Of a stretch of 44,493 nucleotides of DNA, positions 1 through 10,021 are shown one piece after another. Position 1 is the first letter of the stretch. Each line of letters starts with the position of its first letter. Source of the stretch: Flavobacteriales bacterium (GTDB lineage: Bacteria > Bacteroidota > Bacteroidia > Flavobacteriales > JANQLC01); NCBI GenBank assembly GCA_036881805.1, contig JBAJNK010000092.1, forward strand, positions 1-44,493, read 5' to 3'. The notes beneath the pieces were generated by a model that saw nothing but the letters and a program-made list of their open reading frames with translations, was not told the origin of the DNA and made no database searches. A program made the translations under genes and the position numbers.

Positions 1-232
1 AAGCAACCACTACTTGCCTAAGGCGATCGGTGATTTTTTAGACGAAAGTCGAGCCGATGCATTTCTCGTGGCTTTCACACTATCGGATATAGACAACAGG
101 GTGCTGGTCACCCAAGAAGTGCGCAACCCCAATTGCAAAAACAAAATCAAAATACCCGAACCCTGTAATCACTTTGAGGTAAGATACATGAATGCCATGG
201 AGATGTTTCGGCAGCTTGGGCTAACATTTTAA
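1..232 (+). CDS. DUF4411-family PIN-like protein, C-terminal part (5' end outside window)
   Basis: Frame is open from the window edge. ADAFLVAF...VLVTQE...KIKIPEPC..FEVRYMNAMEMFRQLG matches the DUF4411 C-terminal pattern (AD..L.A / VT.E / KIP..C). Confidence 0.7.
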   Translation, partial: SNHYLPKAIGDFLDESRADAFLVAFTLSDIDNRVLVTQEVRNPNCKNKIKIPEPCNHFEVRYMNAMEMFRQLGLTF

Positions 233-389
233 TGTACAGCTGGTTCACACAAGCGCCGCATTTTATGTATCGCATATAATCCGAAAGGCGAATCGGCCGA
301 TTTTGGAAAAGTAAACCGCTTTCTTAGCGAACGCACAGGGGCGAAGGGCACCCAATAAAAGCCCCTTGGAGACAAAAATTCAAAGAACA

Positions 390-423
390 TTTGATAATCT
401 TGTTTTTTTTATATATATATTTG
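390..423 (+). promoter_or_regulatory. Bacteroidota sigma70 promoter (-33 TTTG / -7 TATATTTG) for the Cys-rich lipoprotein
   Basis: TTTG at 390-393 and TATATTTG at 416-423, with a 22-nt spacer containing T8 and an AT run; ATG at 460. Confidence 0.65.
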
Positions 424-459
424 CAAGAGAAGTGCGCCCCAATTTAAAAGTGTTTTGCC

Positions 460-1482
460 ATGAAAGCATTCGGTAAAATCGCATGGCCCATAGCTTTGGT
501 GTTGGGCATTTTTGCTTATGAAAGCTGTTCGGATAACAGCAATGGTTTACAGGCAAACCGGGCAGCGGCTACCCCGATCGCCCTAAAAAAGGCAAACGAC
601 TTCAAAGGACTGTTCCAGTTTCCCAAAGGGACGGTTTTAACCCTGGCCGACGGCAGACTACACTTTACATTACCAAAAGGATTTCGATTAATCGCCAAGT
701 TAAAGCCAGCGGCTAATCGTTATGAATACGAAGAACCTTCAGCGGTGAGCCGAGTGGCGCGTTTTTCGGATGGCTCGGTCAATTGCAAATGCGAAGCGGG
801 CAGCGGGGGTTGCAGTCCTTTTGTATGGGGCGATAAATCCGGTTGCTCAAGCGATGGGCGCTGTACAAAATGTACGCTGACCATCAGTGGAGATGCGAGT
901 CGAAAAGACTCGGAAATACATATCGAAGATGCCGTTGTGGAAGATGCGGCTGTAGTCGATCTCGATGCAGCATCCGACTTTGTATTGAATAAAGACTCCC
1001 TATCGCTTTACCGGTCCCCCAAAGGCTTTATCTTTGCAGATCAGGCGATTCGCGATACCATACAGCATATAATGGCCGATTTTAACCATCCAAAAGACAC
1101 TGAAGTATTAGACAAAATTCCCCTAGGTGAAAAGTTGCCAGCAGGCTATTTCTACATACCCGTAGCCTTGTTTTCAAAGTACCTGGTTTTAATGCCTTTA
1201 AATTTAGAACACCCCCATTATCTAGACACCCATTCGGATAGTGATAACCATTGGTTTATGTTTGCATTGGCGATGAATTTTATGTACAGTGACCTTATGG
1301 GTGAGGATGAGAGTGATATGGTGGCGTCATTTTCTACTGCAAAGCATTTCAACTGCACCTGCAATAGTGGGGGGAGTGGTTGTAAAAAAGGTAGAGAGTA
1401 TGGTGTAATATTTTGCGAAGCCCAAAGTTGTACCGATTGTACGCTAAATTGTCCCAAGTGTAAAGTGTATCCAAGTTTATAG
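460..1482 (+). CDS. Putative lipoprotein with two Cys-rich repeats, function unknown
   Basis: 340-aa ORF. Basic N-terminus plus hydrophobic stretch ending at Cys23 (AYES|C-SDNS); two C-x-C-x6-C-x10-C-x4/5-C-x2-C-TL modules. Confidence 0.8.
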   Translation: MKAFGKIAWPIALVLGIFAYESCSDNSNGLQANRAAATPIALKKANDFKGLFQFPKGTVLTLADGRLHFTLPKGFRLIAKLKPAANRYEYEEPSAVSRVARFSDGSVNCKCEAGSGGCSPFVWGDKSGCSSDGRCTKCTLTISGDASRKDSEIHIEDAVVEDAAVVDLDAASDFVLNKDSLSLYRSPKGFIFADQAIRDTIQHIMADFNHPKDTEVLDKIPLGEKLPAGYFYIPVALFSKYLVLMPLNLEHPHYLDTHSDSDNHWFMFALAMNFMYSDLMGEDESDMVASFSTAKHFNCTCNSGGSGCKKGREYGVIFCEAQSCTDCTLNCPKCKVYPSL

Positions 1483-1785
1483 CGAACCCGTAAAAGGAAA
1501 CAAAGGTACATCAGCTACTCGATTTATTCAAGTCTTCAATGACAAAGGAGGTAATCCAATGGCTGGCAGCAAGCATTTATCGGGAAAAGGGGTGCGGTAG
1601 CGACTTTGATTCAAGCCACCCATTCAAGCATTATTACAGCATATTTCGACAGTATTTTACCGGGTATTTATCCGGTCTTGTCCCGCTTTGGGGAATAGCG
1701 CCTGTTATTGGGCATAGGAAAGCGATCTTTGGATTGTCGTTCTGACATGATATATCGATTTATCAAAAAGCCCGTTTACGCCTCC

Positions 1786-4446
1786 TTAGTCGCGCTTCGT
1801 AAAAAGCGCGACCTCTTCATAGGCCTCGATGCGGTCTCCGACTTTGATGTCATTGAAATTCTCTATGTTTAGGCCGCATTCATAGCCTTTGACCACTTCT
1901 TTTACGTCTTCTTTAAATCGCTTGAGCGAAGCCAACTTGCCATCGTGGACGGCTACGCCATCACGGATCAGTCGAACGCTGGCGTTTTTGCCGATCTTTC
2001 CATCCAACACCATACACCCGGCTATGGTGCCCACTCTTGAGATTTTAAAAATCTCTCGGATTTCCCCATTACCCAAAATCTCTTCTTTCGTCTGCGGTGC
2101 GCGCATACCCGCTATCGTATTGCGAACGGCATCGATCGCATCGTAAATCACAGCGTAGGTGCGGATATCGATCGATTCGCGCTCAGCGACCGCGCGCGCG
2201 CTTCCGGTAGGTCGAACCTGAAATCCAACGATGATGGCATTGGAAGCACTGGCGAGCAAAACATCGGATTCTGTAATTTGGCCGACGCCTTTGTGGATGA
2301 TCTTAATTTGGATTTCTTCAGTAGCGAGTTTTTGCAATGAATCGGCAAGCGCTTCTACCGAACCGTCCACATCGCCTTTGATAATCATATTGAGTTCTTG
2401 AAAACCGCCTAGGGCGATGCGCCTTCCGATTTCATCTAGGGTGATGTGCTTTTGGGTGCGCACACCTTGTTCGCGCTGGAGCTGTTCGCGTTGGCTGGCT
2501 ATATTTTTCGCTTCGCGCTCGTCAGCATATACCTTAAATCTGTCGCCTGCTGTCGGTGCACCATTCAGACCGAGCATCACAACAGGCGTGGAAGGGCCGG
2601 CTGCTGCAACGTTTTTGCCGCGTTCATCCAACAAGGCTTTTACCTTTCCAGCGCAGCAGCCCGCCAGCAGGTAATCCCCCACTTTGATCGCACCCGCTTG
2701 CACCAAGAGGGTGGCCAAATAGCCCCGACCCTTGTCTAAAGAAGCCTCGATTACAACGCCAATCGCATTTTTATTTGGATTGGCTTTGATATCCAACAAC
2801 TCAGCCTCGAGTAAAACTTTTTCGAGCAAGTCTTCCACGCCTTGTCCGGTTTTGGCAGAAACCGCTTGAGACTGAATCTTACCCCCCCAATCCGCCACCA
2901 ATAGATTCATGTTGGCCAAGGTTTCCTTTACTTTATCGGGATTGGCGCTGGGCTTGTCTATTTTATTGATCGCAAACACCATCGGTACACGGGCTGCCTG
3001 CACATGGCTAATCGCTTCCCGGGTCTGCGGCATGACATCGTCATCGGCCGCGATCACGATAATGGCGATATCTGTCACCTGGGCCCCGCGCGCGCGCATA
3101 GCCGTAAATGCTTCATGGCCAGGTGTATCCAAAAATGTAATGCTCTGGTCGTCTGGCAGCTTTACATTGTATGCGGCGATATGCTGTGTGATTCCACCGG
3201 CCTCGCCAGCGATGACATTGGACTTGCGAATGCAGTCGAGCAAAGCGGTTTTCCCGTGGTCTACATGTCCCATCACCGTAACGATGGGAGGACGGGGTTC
3301 CAAATCCGCTGGGTCGTCTGATTCAACCGCATCTTCCCCATCCAAATCTGCAGTCGTAAAGTGAACTTCAAAGCCAAACTCATCGGCTACGATGGAAAGG
3401 GTTTCTGCGTCCAACCGCTGGTTCATGGTCACCATGATTCCCAACGACATACAAGTGGCGATCACTTCTACAATGGGTACACCCATAAGCGTTGCTAGCT
3501 CACCGACCGTAACGAACTCGGTCACTTGAAGCACTTTGCTCTCTCGCTCTTGATCCCGCATTTTGCGTTCGCGCTGTTCGAGACGACGGGCATCGCGTTT
3601 TTCTCTCCTAAACTTGTAGGCCCTAGACTTACCCCCACCTTTGCCGGTCAGCTTATCTAAGGTTTCCTTGATTCGCTTTTGGATTTCCGCTTCCGTAGGC
3701 TCGGTTCTGACGATTCGATCTTTGCGGCTAGCACCTGTGGAACGAGCCTGTTTCTTGCTCCTATCAAGGCTTTCCCCCTTTCGGATGCGCTTGCGCTTGG
3801 CTTTGCCCGGTTTAGCAGGCTTGGATTCGGTTTTCTCAGCAGGCTTCTTGGCAAACTTTGACAGGTCGATTTTTTCCCCGGTAAAATTCGGGCCATCCAA
3901 CTTTTGATACAGGGTTTTGAGCACTGCACCCGCAGCGCCTTCCCCTTTGCCCTTTTCTCGCTCGGGCTTCGCGATGGGTTCGGTCTTCGCAACGGGTGGG
4001 GGTTCGGACTTGACGGTTTTCGATTCGCCCTTCTCAACAACGGGTTGAACCATCCCTGCTGCCTGGCTTTTGCCTTTTGGCTTTTGACCTTGGGTAGATC
4101 CATCCCTATTTAAGTTATCCAAATCGACATCTCCGAGAATTTTGGGTCCGGTTAGGGGTTGTGCCTTACCCCGAATCACCGCTTGCACTTTGGGGTTTTC
4201 GCGCTGGGCCAGCATTTCTTCCTTTTCGAGTTTTTTGGCTTTGCTGATCTCCTCTGACTGCTCGGCGAGCGACTTATCCGATTGAAACGCATCGAGTAAC
4301 AACCGATATATATCCCCATCTACCTTGGTATTGGGACGCGCATCGATACCCAAACCGCGTTCATCAAAAAAATCGGCTGCCGTCTGCATGGAGATGTTGA
4401 GCTCCTTGAGTACCTTGTTTAAACGTATGTGCTTTACCGCTACCAT
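1786..4446 (-). CDS. infB: Translation initiation factor IF-2
   Basis: [16 protein letters not shown] and NKID GTPase motifs; IF2 C-terminus ([17 protein letters not shown]); Bacteroidota-type N-terminus ([12 protein letters not shown]). Confidence 0.99.
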   Translation of the reverse strand: MVAVKHIRLNKVLKELNISMQTAADFFDERGLGIDARPNTKVDGDIYRLLLDAFQSDKSLAEQSEEISKAKKLEKEEMLAQRENPKVQAVIRGKAQPLTGPKILGDVDLDNLNRDGSTQGQKPKGKSQAAGMVQPVVEKGESKTVKSEPPPVAKTEPIAKPEREKGKGEGAAGAVLKTLYQKLDGPNFTGEKIDLSKFAKKPAEKTESKPAKPGKAKRKRIRKGESLDRSKKQARSTGASRKDRIVRTEPTEAEIQKRIKETLDKLTGKGGGKSRAYKFRREKRDARRLEQRERKMRDQERESKVLQVTEFVTVGELATLMGVPIVEVIATCMSLGIMVTMNQRLDAETLSIVADEFGFEVHFTTADLDGEDAVESDDPADLEPRPPIVTVMGHVDHGKTALLDCIRKSNVIAGEAGGITQHIAAYNVKLPDDQSITFLDTPGHEAFTAMRARGAQVTDIAIIVIAADDDVMPQTREAISHVQAARVPMVFAINKIDKPSANPDKVKETLANMNLLVADWGGKIQSQAVSAKTGQGVEDLLEKVLLEAELLDIKANPNKNAIGVVIEASLDKGRGYLATLLVQAGAIKVGDYLLAGCCAGKVKALLDERGKNVAAAGPSTPVVMLGLNGAPTAGDRFKVYADEREAKNIASQREQLQREQGVRTQKHITLDEIGRRIALGGFQELNMIIKGDVDGSVEALADSLQKLATEEIQIKIIHKGVGQITESDVLLASASNAIIVGFQVRPTGSARAVAERESIDIRTYAVIYDAIDAVRNTIAGMRAPQTKEEILGNGEIREIFKISRVGTIAGCMVLDGKIGKNASVRLIRDGVAVHDGKLASLKRFKEDVKEVVKGYECGLNIENFNDIKVGDRIEAYEEVALFTKRD

Positions 4447-4482
4447 AAGATTTATTTCCCCAGCTTATAGACGTTTACTATT

Positions 4483-5715
4483 TTATTCAAATTCTGAAGC
4501 TAATATAGTGCGAACTTCCACGATGGTCTCTTCTTCCAAATCGGTGCGCTTTATCAAATCTTCAACGGGTAAATCCAGGATGCTCTTAGCCGTATCACAA
4601 CCGATGGCTTTGAACTCATCGATAATCCACTGGTCGATCTCATCGGAAAATTCACCCAGGTCTACGTCCTCTTCTTCCCGGTCTCTAAAAACATTTAATT
4701 CACAATTCGTCAGCTTGGAAGCCAACCGAATATTGTGCCCGTTTTTGCCAATGGCTTTGGACACCTCGCCAGCATCCAAATAAATGTTTGCCACCCGGTT
4801 TTCTTCGTCTAAGTCGATGGATGTAATCTTTGCGGGCGATAAGCTGCGTTGGATATACAGGCGCTTGTTGTTCGTGTAGTTGATCACGTCGATATTTTCG
4901 TTGTTGAGCTCGCGTACGATTCCGTGAATGCGAGAACCCCGCATTCCCACACAAGCACCGACCGGATCGATTCGATCATCGTAAGACTCCACAGCTACCT
5001 TCGCTTTGTCACCGGGTGAACGCACGACCGATTTAACGGTGATCAACCCATCCAAAACCTCTGGAATCTCTTGTTCAAAGAGTTTTTCCAAAAACTCAGG
5101 CGCGGTTCTCGACAAGATGATAACCGGCCTGTTGTTCCCCTTGATTTCCACATCTTTGATAACGGCGCGAACCATATCGCCCTTGCGAAAGAAATCCGTC
5201 GGTATTTGCTGGTCGCTGGGTAAGACCATTTCACTTTGGTCATCGTTGATCAAGATTACGTGACGGTGGCGGATATAATTGACTTCGCCCGATGTGATCT
5301 CCCCAATGCGGTCCTTGAACTTTTTGTAAGTCATCGTGTTGTCGTGGTCCTGTATTTTTGAGGCCAGGTTTTGACGTAGGGCTAGAATGGCTCTCCGGCC
5401 CAGTTCTGCCAACTCGATCTCTTCGGAAACCTCTTCACCCACTTCAAAATCCGACTCGATCTCACGCGCTTCACACAAAGCGATTTCGGCATTGGGGTTC
5501 TCTACTTCGCCGTCTTCGACAACCGTGCGGTTTCTCCAAATTTCCAAATCGCCTTTATCCGGATTCACAATGATATCGATATTGTCATCCGTGCCGTACT
5601 TCTTTTTCATCACATGGCGTATGGCCTCTTCTAAGATCGCCATGAGCGTCACGCGGTCGATGTTTTTTTCGTCTTTAAAATCCACAAAGGAATCTATTAA
5701 CGCTTGCTGTTCCAT
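4483..5715 (-). CDS. nusA: Transcription termination/antitermination factor NusA
   Basis: S1 and KH domains (IDPVGACVGMRGSRI, AIGKNGHNIRLASKLT); directly upstream of infB. Confidence 0.99.
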   Translation of the reverse strand: MEQQALIDSFVDFKDEKNIDRVTLMAILEEAIRHVMKKKYGTDDNIDIIVNPDKGDLEIWRNRTVVEDGEVENPNAEIALCEAREIESDFEVGEEVSEEIELAELGRRAILALRQNLASKIQDHDNTMTYKKFKDRIGEITSGEVNYIRHRHVILINDDQSEMVLPSDQQIPTDFFRKGDMVRAVIKDVEIKGNNRPVIILSRTAPEFLEKLFEQEIPEVLDGLITVKSVVRSPGDKAKVAVESYDDRIDPVGACVGMRGSRIHGIVRELNNENIDVINYTNNKRLYIQRSLSPAKITSIDLDEENRVANIYLDAGEVSKAIGKNGHNIRLASKLTNCELNVFRDREEEDVDLGEFSDEIDQWIIDEFKAIGCDTAKSILDLPVEDLIKRTDLEEETIVEVRTILASEFE

Positions 5716-5775
5716 CTTCTCTTCTATGACTTATAAATTGCGTATGGGGCTAAGGTCTACTTTCATTTTTAATCG

Positions 5776-5800
5776 AAAAAGGAGCCTTAAAAAGCTCCTT
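5776..5800 (-). terminator. Leader hairpin plus U-tract (putative attenuator) upstream of nusA
   Basis: Minus strand reads AAGGAGC-TTTTTAAG-GCTCCTT-TTT, between the promoter and nusA. Confidence 0.6.
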
Positions 5801-5829
5801 CCACATGGGGTTCTGGAAAAATCCGCATG

Positions 5830-5837
5830 CAAATATA
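5830..5837 (-). promoter_or_regulatory. -7 promoter box (TATATTTG) for nusA-infB
   Basis: Exact TAnnTTTG match upstream of the leader hairpin. Confidence 0.65.
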
Positions 5838-5923
5838 CGACTTTTTGTCAAATCATAAAAAAAGTCAAAGCTAGAAAGCGGGAAACGGCTCTTTATTGGG
5901 ATCGGCGCCTGGATATCGGGTAG

Positions 5924-8731
5924 CTAGGCCCAATGCGCTTCGAGCCAATTGTCACCGACGCCCAAATCGACCACGAGTGGTACAGCGAGCGGAAAGGCGT
6001 GCGCCATCTCATCCTTCACCAGCGCTTTGACGACCGGCAATTCTTCTCTCTGTACGTCAAAAACCAACTCATCGTGCACTTGCAACAGCATTTTACTCTG
6101 GATTTGAAGTTTGTTGAATCGCTGAAAAATGCGGTTCATCGCAACCTTGATGATATCTGCCGCACTGCCCTGTACCGGCGCATTTACCGCATTGCGCTCC
6201 GCATGGCGGCGCACGACGGAATTGTTGGCGTGTATATCTTTTAGATACCGCCGGCGCCCCAACAGGGTTTCCACATAACCCTGCTGACGGGCCCGCTCCA
6301 CTTGTGTGCTCAGAAAGTCTTTCAGGGTGGGATACGTATCGTAATACGCGTCGATCAGTCTTTTGGCCTCGGAACGCGAAAGTTCGGTTTGCGCGCTCAG
6401 CCCAAAGGCAGAAACGCCATATACAATGCCAAAATTAATCGTTTTGGCCTGGCTTCGCTGCGCACGCGTCACCGCTTTTAAATCCACCTCAAAAACCTTG
6501 GCCGCCGTGGCGACGTGTATATCTTCCCCCTTTTCAAAGGACTCGATCATCACGGGGTCTCGACTCATAGCGGCGATTAAGCGCAGTTCGATCTGTGAAT
6601 AATCGGCCGATAGTAAAACGTGGTCTTCATCCCTCGGCACAAATGCCCTGCGAATTTCCCGGCCGCGTGGACTGCGAATCGGAATATTTTGCAAATTCGG
6701 CTTATTGGAACTGAGACGCCCCGTAGCTGCTGTAGTCTGACTGTAAACGGTGTGTATGCGACCCGTTTTTTTATCCACCTCTCTGGGCAGGGCATCCACA
6801 TAGGTAGTTTGCAACTTCTGCAATTGGCGATAGTTCAAAATTTCATCCACAATCGGGTGTCTGCCGCTGAGCTTGTTCAATACGTCTTCTGATGTGGCAT
6901 ACTGCCCCGTTTTGGTCTTTTTGGGTTTTTCAGAGAGTTTCAACTTTTCAAATAAAACGGATCCGAGCTGTTTGGGCGAAGCGATGTTAAACATCCCTTC
7001 CGCGTATTCGTAAATTTGCGCTTCCACTTGTTGCATATCGGCGTGTAGCGCCTGGGAGAGGTGCTGCAAAGCAGTCGTATCGATTTTGATTCCCGCTACT
7101 TCCATGGCCTTCAACGCGTTTACCAAGGGCATTTCCACCTCGTAAAAGAGCTTTTCCACCTGGATCTTCTTCAGCTCCGGTTCAAAGCGGTTTTTCAAAC
7201 GAAGGGTGATATCGGTATCCTCCACCGCATATTCGGTTTGCAGCTGCACCGCCACTTCGCGCATGGACTTCTGATCCCTGCCCCGCTTACCGATCAAATG
7301 CTCGATTTCAATCGGCTTATAATTCAAATAGGTTTCGGCCAATATATCCATATTGTGGCGCATATCGGGATTGATCAGGTAGTGCGCTACCATGGTGTCG
7401 AAAAGCGATCCGGTAATTTGGACACCGTATTTGTGAAGCACCTTTAGGTCGTACTTAAAATTATGGGCGACCTTCACAATTTTCGCCGATTCAAAGAAAG
7501 GTTTAAATTCGGCGAGAATCCCACGCGTTTCATCAAAATCTTCGGGAAAGACGACGTAATACCCTTTACCAGGGGCATAGCTAAAAGCCAAACCGACCAA
7601 TTCCGCTTGCAGCGCATTTAATCCGGTAGTCTCGGTATCCAAACAGACCACCGATTGTTTCAAGAGGTTTTGAATCAAAAGTTTACGCCCCTGTTTTCCA
7701 GCTACGGTTTGGTACCAATGGTCAGCGGTTTGATGGGTGTGGTAGCCGTTGGGTTGCGCAGCTGTGGGCGGCGGAACGCCAGCTGTTTTGGGCGCCACAC
7801 CAAAAAGGGAAATCTGCTCCCCAGCTTCGTCTACCGTTCCAAATGCGCGCCAGACGGTTTCCCATGTACGTCTAAATTCCAGGTCTTTAAAAATCGCTTT
7901 TATCCGCTCCAAATCGGGTACGTCTGCCGCGAGGCGCTTTTCGTCAAACGATATGGGCACATCGGTTATGATGGTGGCCAGCCTTTTAGAGCGCAAGCCT
8001 TGCGCCTCGTGTGCTCGTATCTTTTCTCCCACCTTTCCCTTCAGCGCTGCTGCATGTGCAAAGAGGTTTTCCATGCTCCCGTATTCCGCCATGAATCGCT
8101 TGGCCGTCTTTTCCCCCACGCCGGGCAAGCCGGGAATATTGTCCACGCTATCGCCCATCATCCCCAAAAAATCGACGATCTGATCCGGGCGCGCCACGCC
8201 GAATTTCCGCTGCACCTTTGGGATGTCCCAGATTTCTATATCGCTTCCGCGCCCCGCTGGGCGATACATAAAGATTTTGTCGGAGATCAGTTGTGCGAAG
8301 TCCTTGTCAGCCGTCATCATATAAACCGTATAGCCCTGTATTTCGGCCTTTTTTGCCAAGGTACCGATTACATCGTCCGCCTCGTAACCCTCGGCGAATA
8401 GCACGGGAATGCGAAAGGCCTTTAAAATCTCTTGTATATAGGGCACAGCGGCGCGAATGGCTTCGGGTGTCTCCTCGCGATGAGCCTTGTATTCGGGATA
8501 TTCTCGGTGGCGAATCGTCTCGCCACCCACATCAAAAACCGCAGCGATATGCGTGGGCTTCTCGCGCTTGAGCAAGTCGATCAAGGTGTTGGTAAAGCCC
8601 AGGATGGCCGAGGTATTCAACCCCTTGGAGTTGACCCTCGGGTTCTTAATAAATGCGTAATAACCCCTGAAAATCAAAGCATACGAATCCAAGAGAAACA
8701 ATCTTTTGCCGTCCCTACCGGTTTTACCCAT
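5924..8731 (-). CDS. polA: DNA polymerase I
   Basis: 5'-3' exonuclease (LLDSYALIFRGYYA, YEADDVIGTL), 3'-5' exonuclease (DTETTG) and polymerase motifs (ADYSQIELR, AKTINFGIVYG, QVHDEL). Confidence 0.99.
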   Translation of the reverse strand: MGKTGRDGKRLFLLDSYALIFRGYYAFIKNPRVNSKGLNTSAILGFTNTLIDLLKREKPTHIAAVFDVGGETIRHREYPEYKAHREETPEAIRAAVPYIQEILKAFRIPVLFAEGYEADDVIGTLAKKAEIQGYTVYMMTADKDFAQLISDKIFMYRPAGRGSDIEIWDIPKVQRKFGVARPDQIVDFLGMMGDSVDNIPGLPGVGEKTAKRFMAEYGSMENLFAHAAALKGKVGEKIRAHEAQGLRSKRLATIITDVPISFDEKRLAADVPDLERIKAIFKDLEFRRTWETVWRAFGTVDEAGEQISLFGVAPKTAGVPPPTAAQPNGYHTHQTADHWYQTVAGKQGRKLLIQNLLKQSVVCLDTETTGLNALQAELVGLAFSYAPGKGYYVVFPEDFDETRGILAEFKPFFESAKIVKVAHNFKYDLKVLHKYGVQITGSLFDTMVAHYLINPDMRHNMDILAETYLNYKPIEIEHLIGKRGRDQKSMREVAVQLQTEYAVEDTDITLRLKNRFEPELKKIQVEKLFYEVEMPLVNALKAMEVAGIKIDTTALQHLSQALHADMQQVEAQIYEYAEGMFNIASPKQLGSVLFEKLKLSEKPKKTKTGQYATSEDVLNKLSGRHPIVDEILNYRQLQKLQTTYVDALPREVDKKTGRIHTVYSQTTAATGRLSSNKPNLQNIPIRSPRGREIRRAFVPRDEDHVLLSADYSQIELRLIAAMSRDPVMIESFEKGEDIHVATAAKVFEVDLKAVTRAQRSQAKTINFGIVYGVSAFGLSAQTELSRSEAKRLIDAYYDTYPTLKDFLSTQVERARQQGYVETLLGRRRYLKDIHANNSVVRRHAERNAVNAPVQGSAADIIKVAMNRIFQRFNKLQIQSKMLLQVHDELVFDVQREELPVVKALVKDEMAHAFPLAVPLVVDLGVGDNWLEAHWA

Positions 8732-8884
8732 ACGCTATTATAAAAGCCTGCTGCCAAGGTGGTTAAAACCCCAAAACGATCAGTCCTCGCGCAAAAAAAT
8801 CGATTGAAGTCCGCGCTAAAGGTACCAACTATATTTAAATAGTCGGGGGGTGATCCCATGGATTGAAGCCGCTGGGGTGCTGTG

Positions 8885-8915
8885 ATTGGGTATCGCAAAA
8901 ACATTCGTAATTTTG
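8885..8915 (+). promoter_or_regulatory. Promoter for the fabH-metallophosphoesterase pair
   Basis: ATTG at 8885-8888, 19-nt spacer, TAATTTTG at 8908-8915; supports the ATG at 8936. Confidence 0.6.
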
Positions 8916-8935
8916 TGCCCCCATACAATATATTC

Positions 8936-10021
8936 ATGGTCAACGCCGTAATCTCGGGTTCCGGGTGCTTCTTACCGGAAAAAGTGGTTCGCAATGCGGA
9001 TTTTCTAAGCGCCCAATTCTTCGATGAAAGCAACCGTCCCATGCTGGCTGAAAACGAACAAATCATAAGCCAGTTCGAATCGATCACGGAGATTCGGGAG
9101 CGCCGATATATCGGTGACCAAATGCGCAACTCAGACATGGCTGCGGCAGCCGGTTCCCGCGCCATTGCGGATGCTAAGGTCGATAAAGAGCAAATCGATT
9201 ACGTCATCGTAGCCCACAACTTCGGCGATATCAGTTCCGATGCCAGTCAGATCAATATCATGCCATCCCTAGCTGCCAAGGTGAAACACAAACTGAGGAT
9301 CACAAATGACCGCTGCGTACCTTACGATATGATCTTTGGGTGTCCGGGCTGGTTAGAAGGCTTGATCTTGGGCAATCGTTTTATACAATCCGGCCTGGCT
9401 GAGCACATCTTAGTGATCGGTTCCGAAACCCTGAGCCGGGTGTTAGACCCGCACGACAGGAATCGGATGATCTTTGCCGATGGCGCCGGTGCAGTGGTTT
9501 TAAGCGCACGAGGCGGAAAGGAAAAGGCCGGCGTCATGCACAGTGTAACCATTTGCGATAACGGTGAAGAACTGGACTACCTCAAAAACAGCCCGTCGCT
9601 CAATCCGGCTTACGACAAATCGGAATTTCTGGTGCGTATAGCCGGCCGGAAAGTTTACGAGTACGCCTTGAAGAAAGTGCCCCCGGTGGTTAAGGAAACC
9701 ATCGAATCGGCAGCCCTGGGCATCGGCGACATTTCAAAAGTGTTGATCCACCAAGCCAATGCGAAGATGGAGCGGGCTATCTTGGTTCGCCTGATACAGC
9801 TGTTCGGCTTGCACAAAGTGCCTGAAAACCTCATGCCCATGACCGTTCAGACGCTTGGAAACTCATCGGTAGCCACCATCCCCACGTTATACGACTTAAT
9901 TGCACACCACGAGCTGGCGCCCCATGAATTCCATCCGGGAGATCACATCGTCTTTGCCTCGGTAGGCGCCGGTATGAACGTCAACGCTATGGTGTATCGC
10001 TTTCCGCAACATCCGTTATGA
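8936..10021 (+). CDS. fabH: 3-oxoacyl-ACP synthase III family protein (FabH-like)
   Basis: Catalytic triad contexts FGCPGW, HQAN and GNSS; FADGAGA and SVGAG motifs. Start moved from 8882 to ATG 8936 because of the promoter position. Confidence 0.93.
   Translation: MVNAVISGSGCFLPEKVVRNADFLSAQFFDESNRPMLAENEQIISQFESITEIRERRYIGDQMRNSDMAAAAGSRAIADAKVDKEQIDYVIVAHNFGDISSDASQINIMPSLAAKVKHKLRITNDRCVPYDMIFGCPGWLEGLILGNRFIQSGLAEHILVIGSETLSRVLDPHDRNRMIFADGAGAVVLSARGGKEKAGVMHSVTICDNGEELDYLKNSPSLNPAYDKSEFLVRIAGRKVYEYALKKVPPVVKETIESAALGIGDISKVLIHQANAKMERAILVRLIQLFGLHKVPENLMPMTVQTLGNSSVATIPTLYDLIAHHELAPHEFHPGDHIVFASVGAGMNVNAMVYRFPQHPL

Noticed and set aside
1539-1745. 68-aa ORF between the lipoprotein and infB
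   Set aside because: No recognisable motif or promoter; probably a chance ORF.
7655-8401. Long antisense or alternate-frame ORFs inside polA, infB, sdhA, fabF, ltd and others
   Set aside because: These are shadow ORFs of well-supported genes with no motifs of their own.
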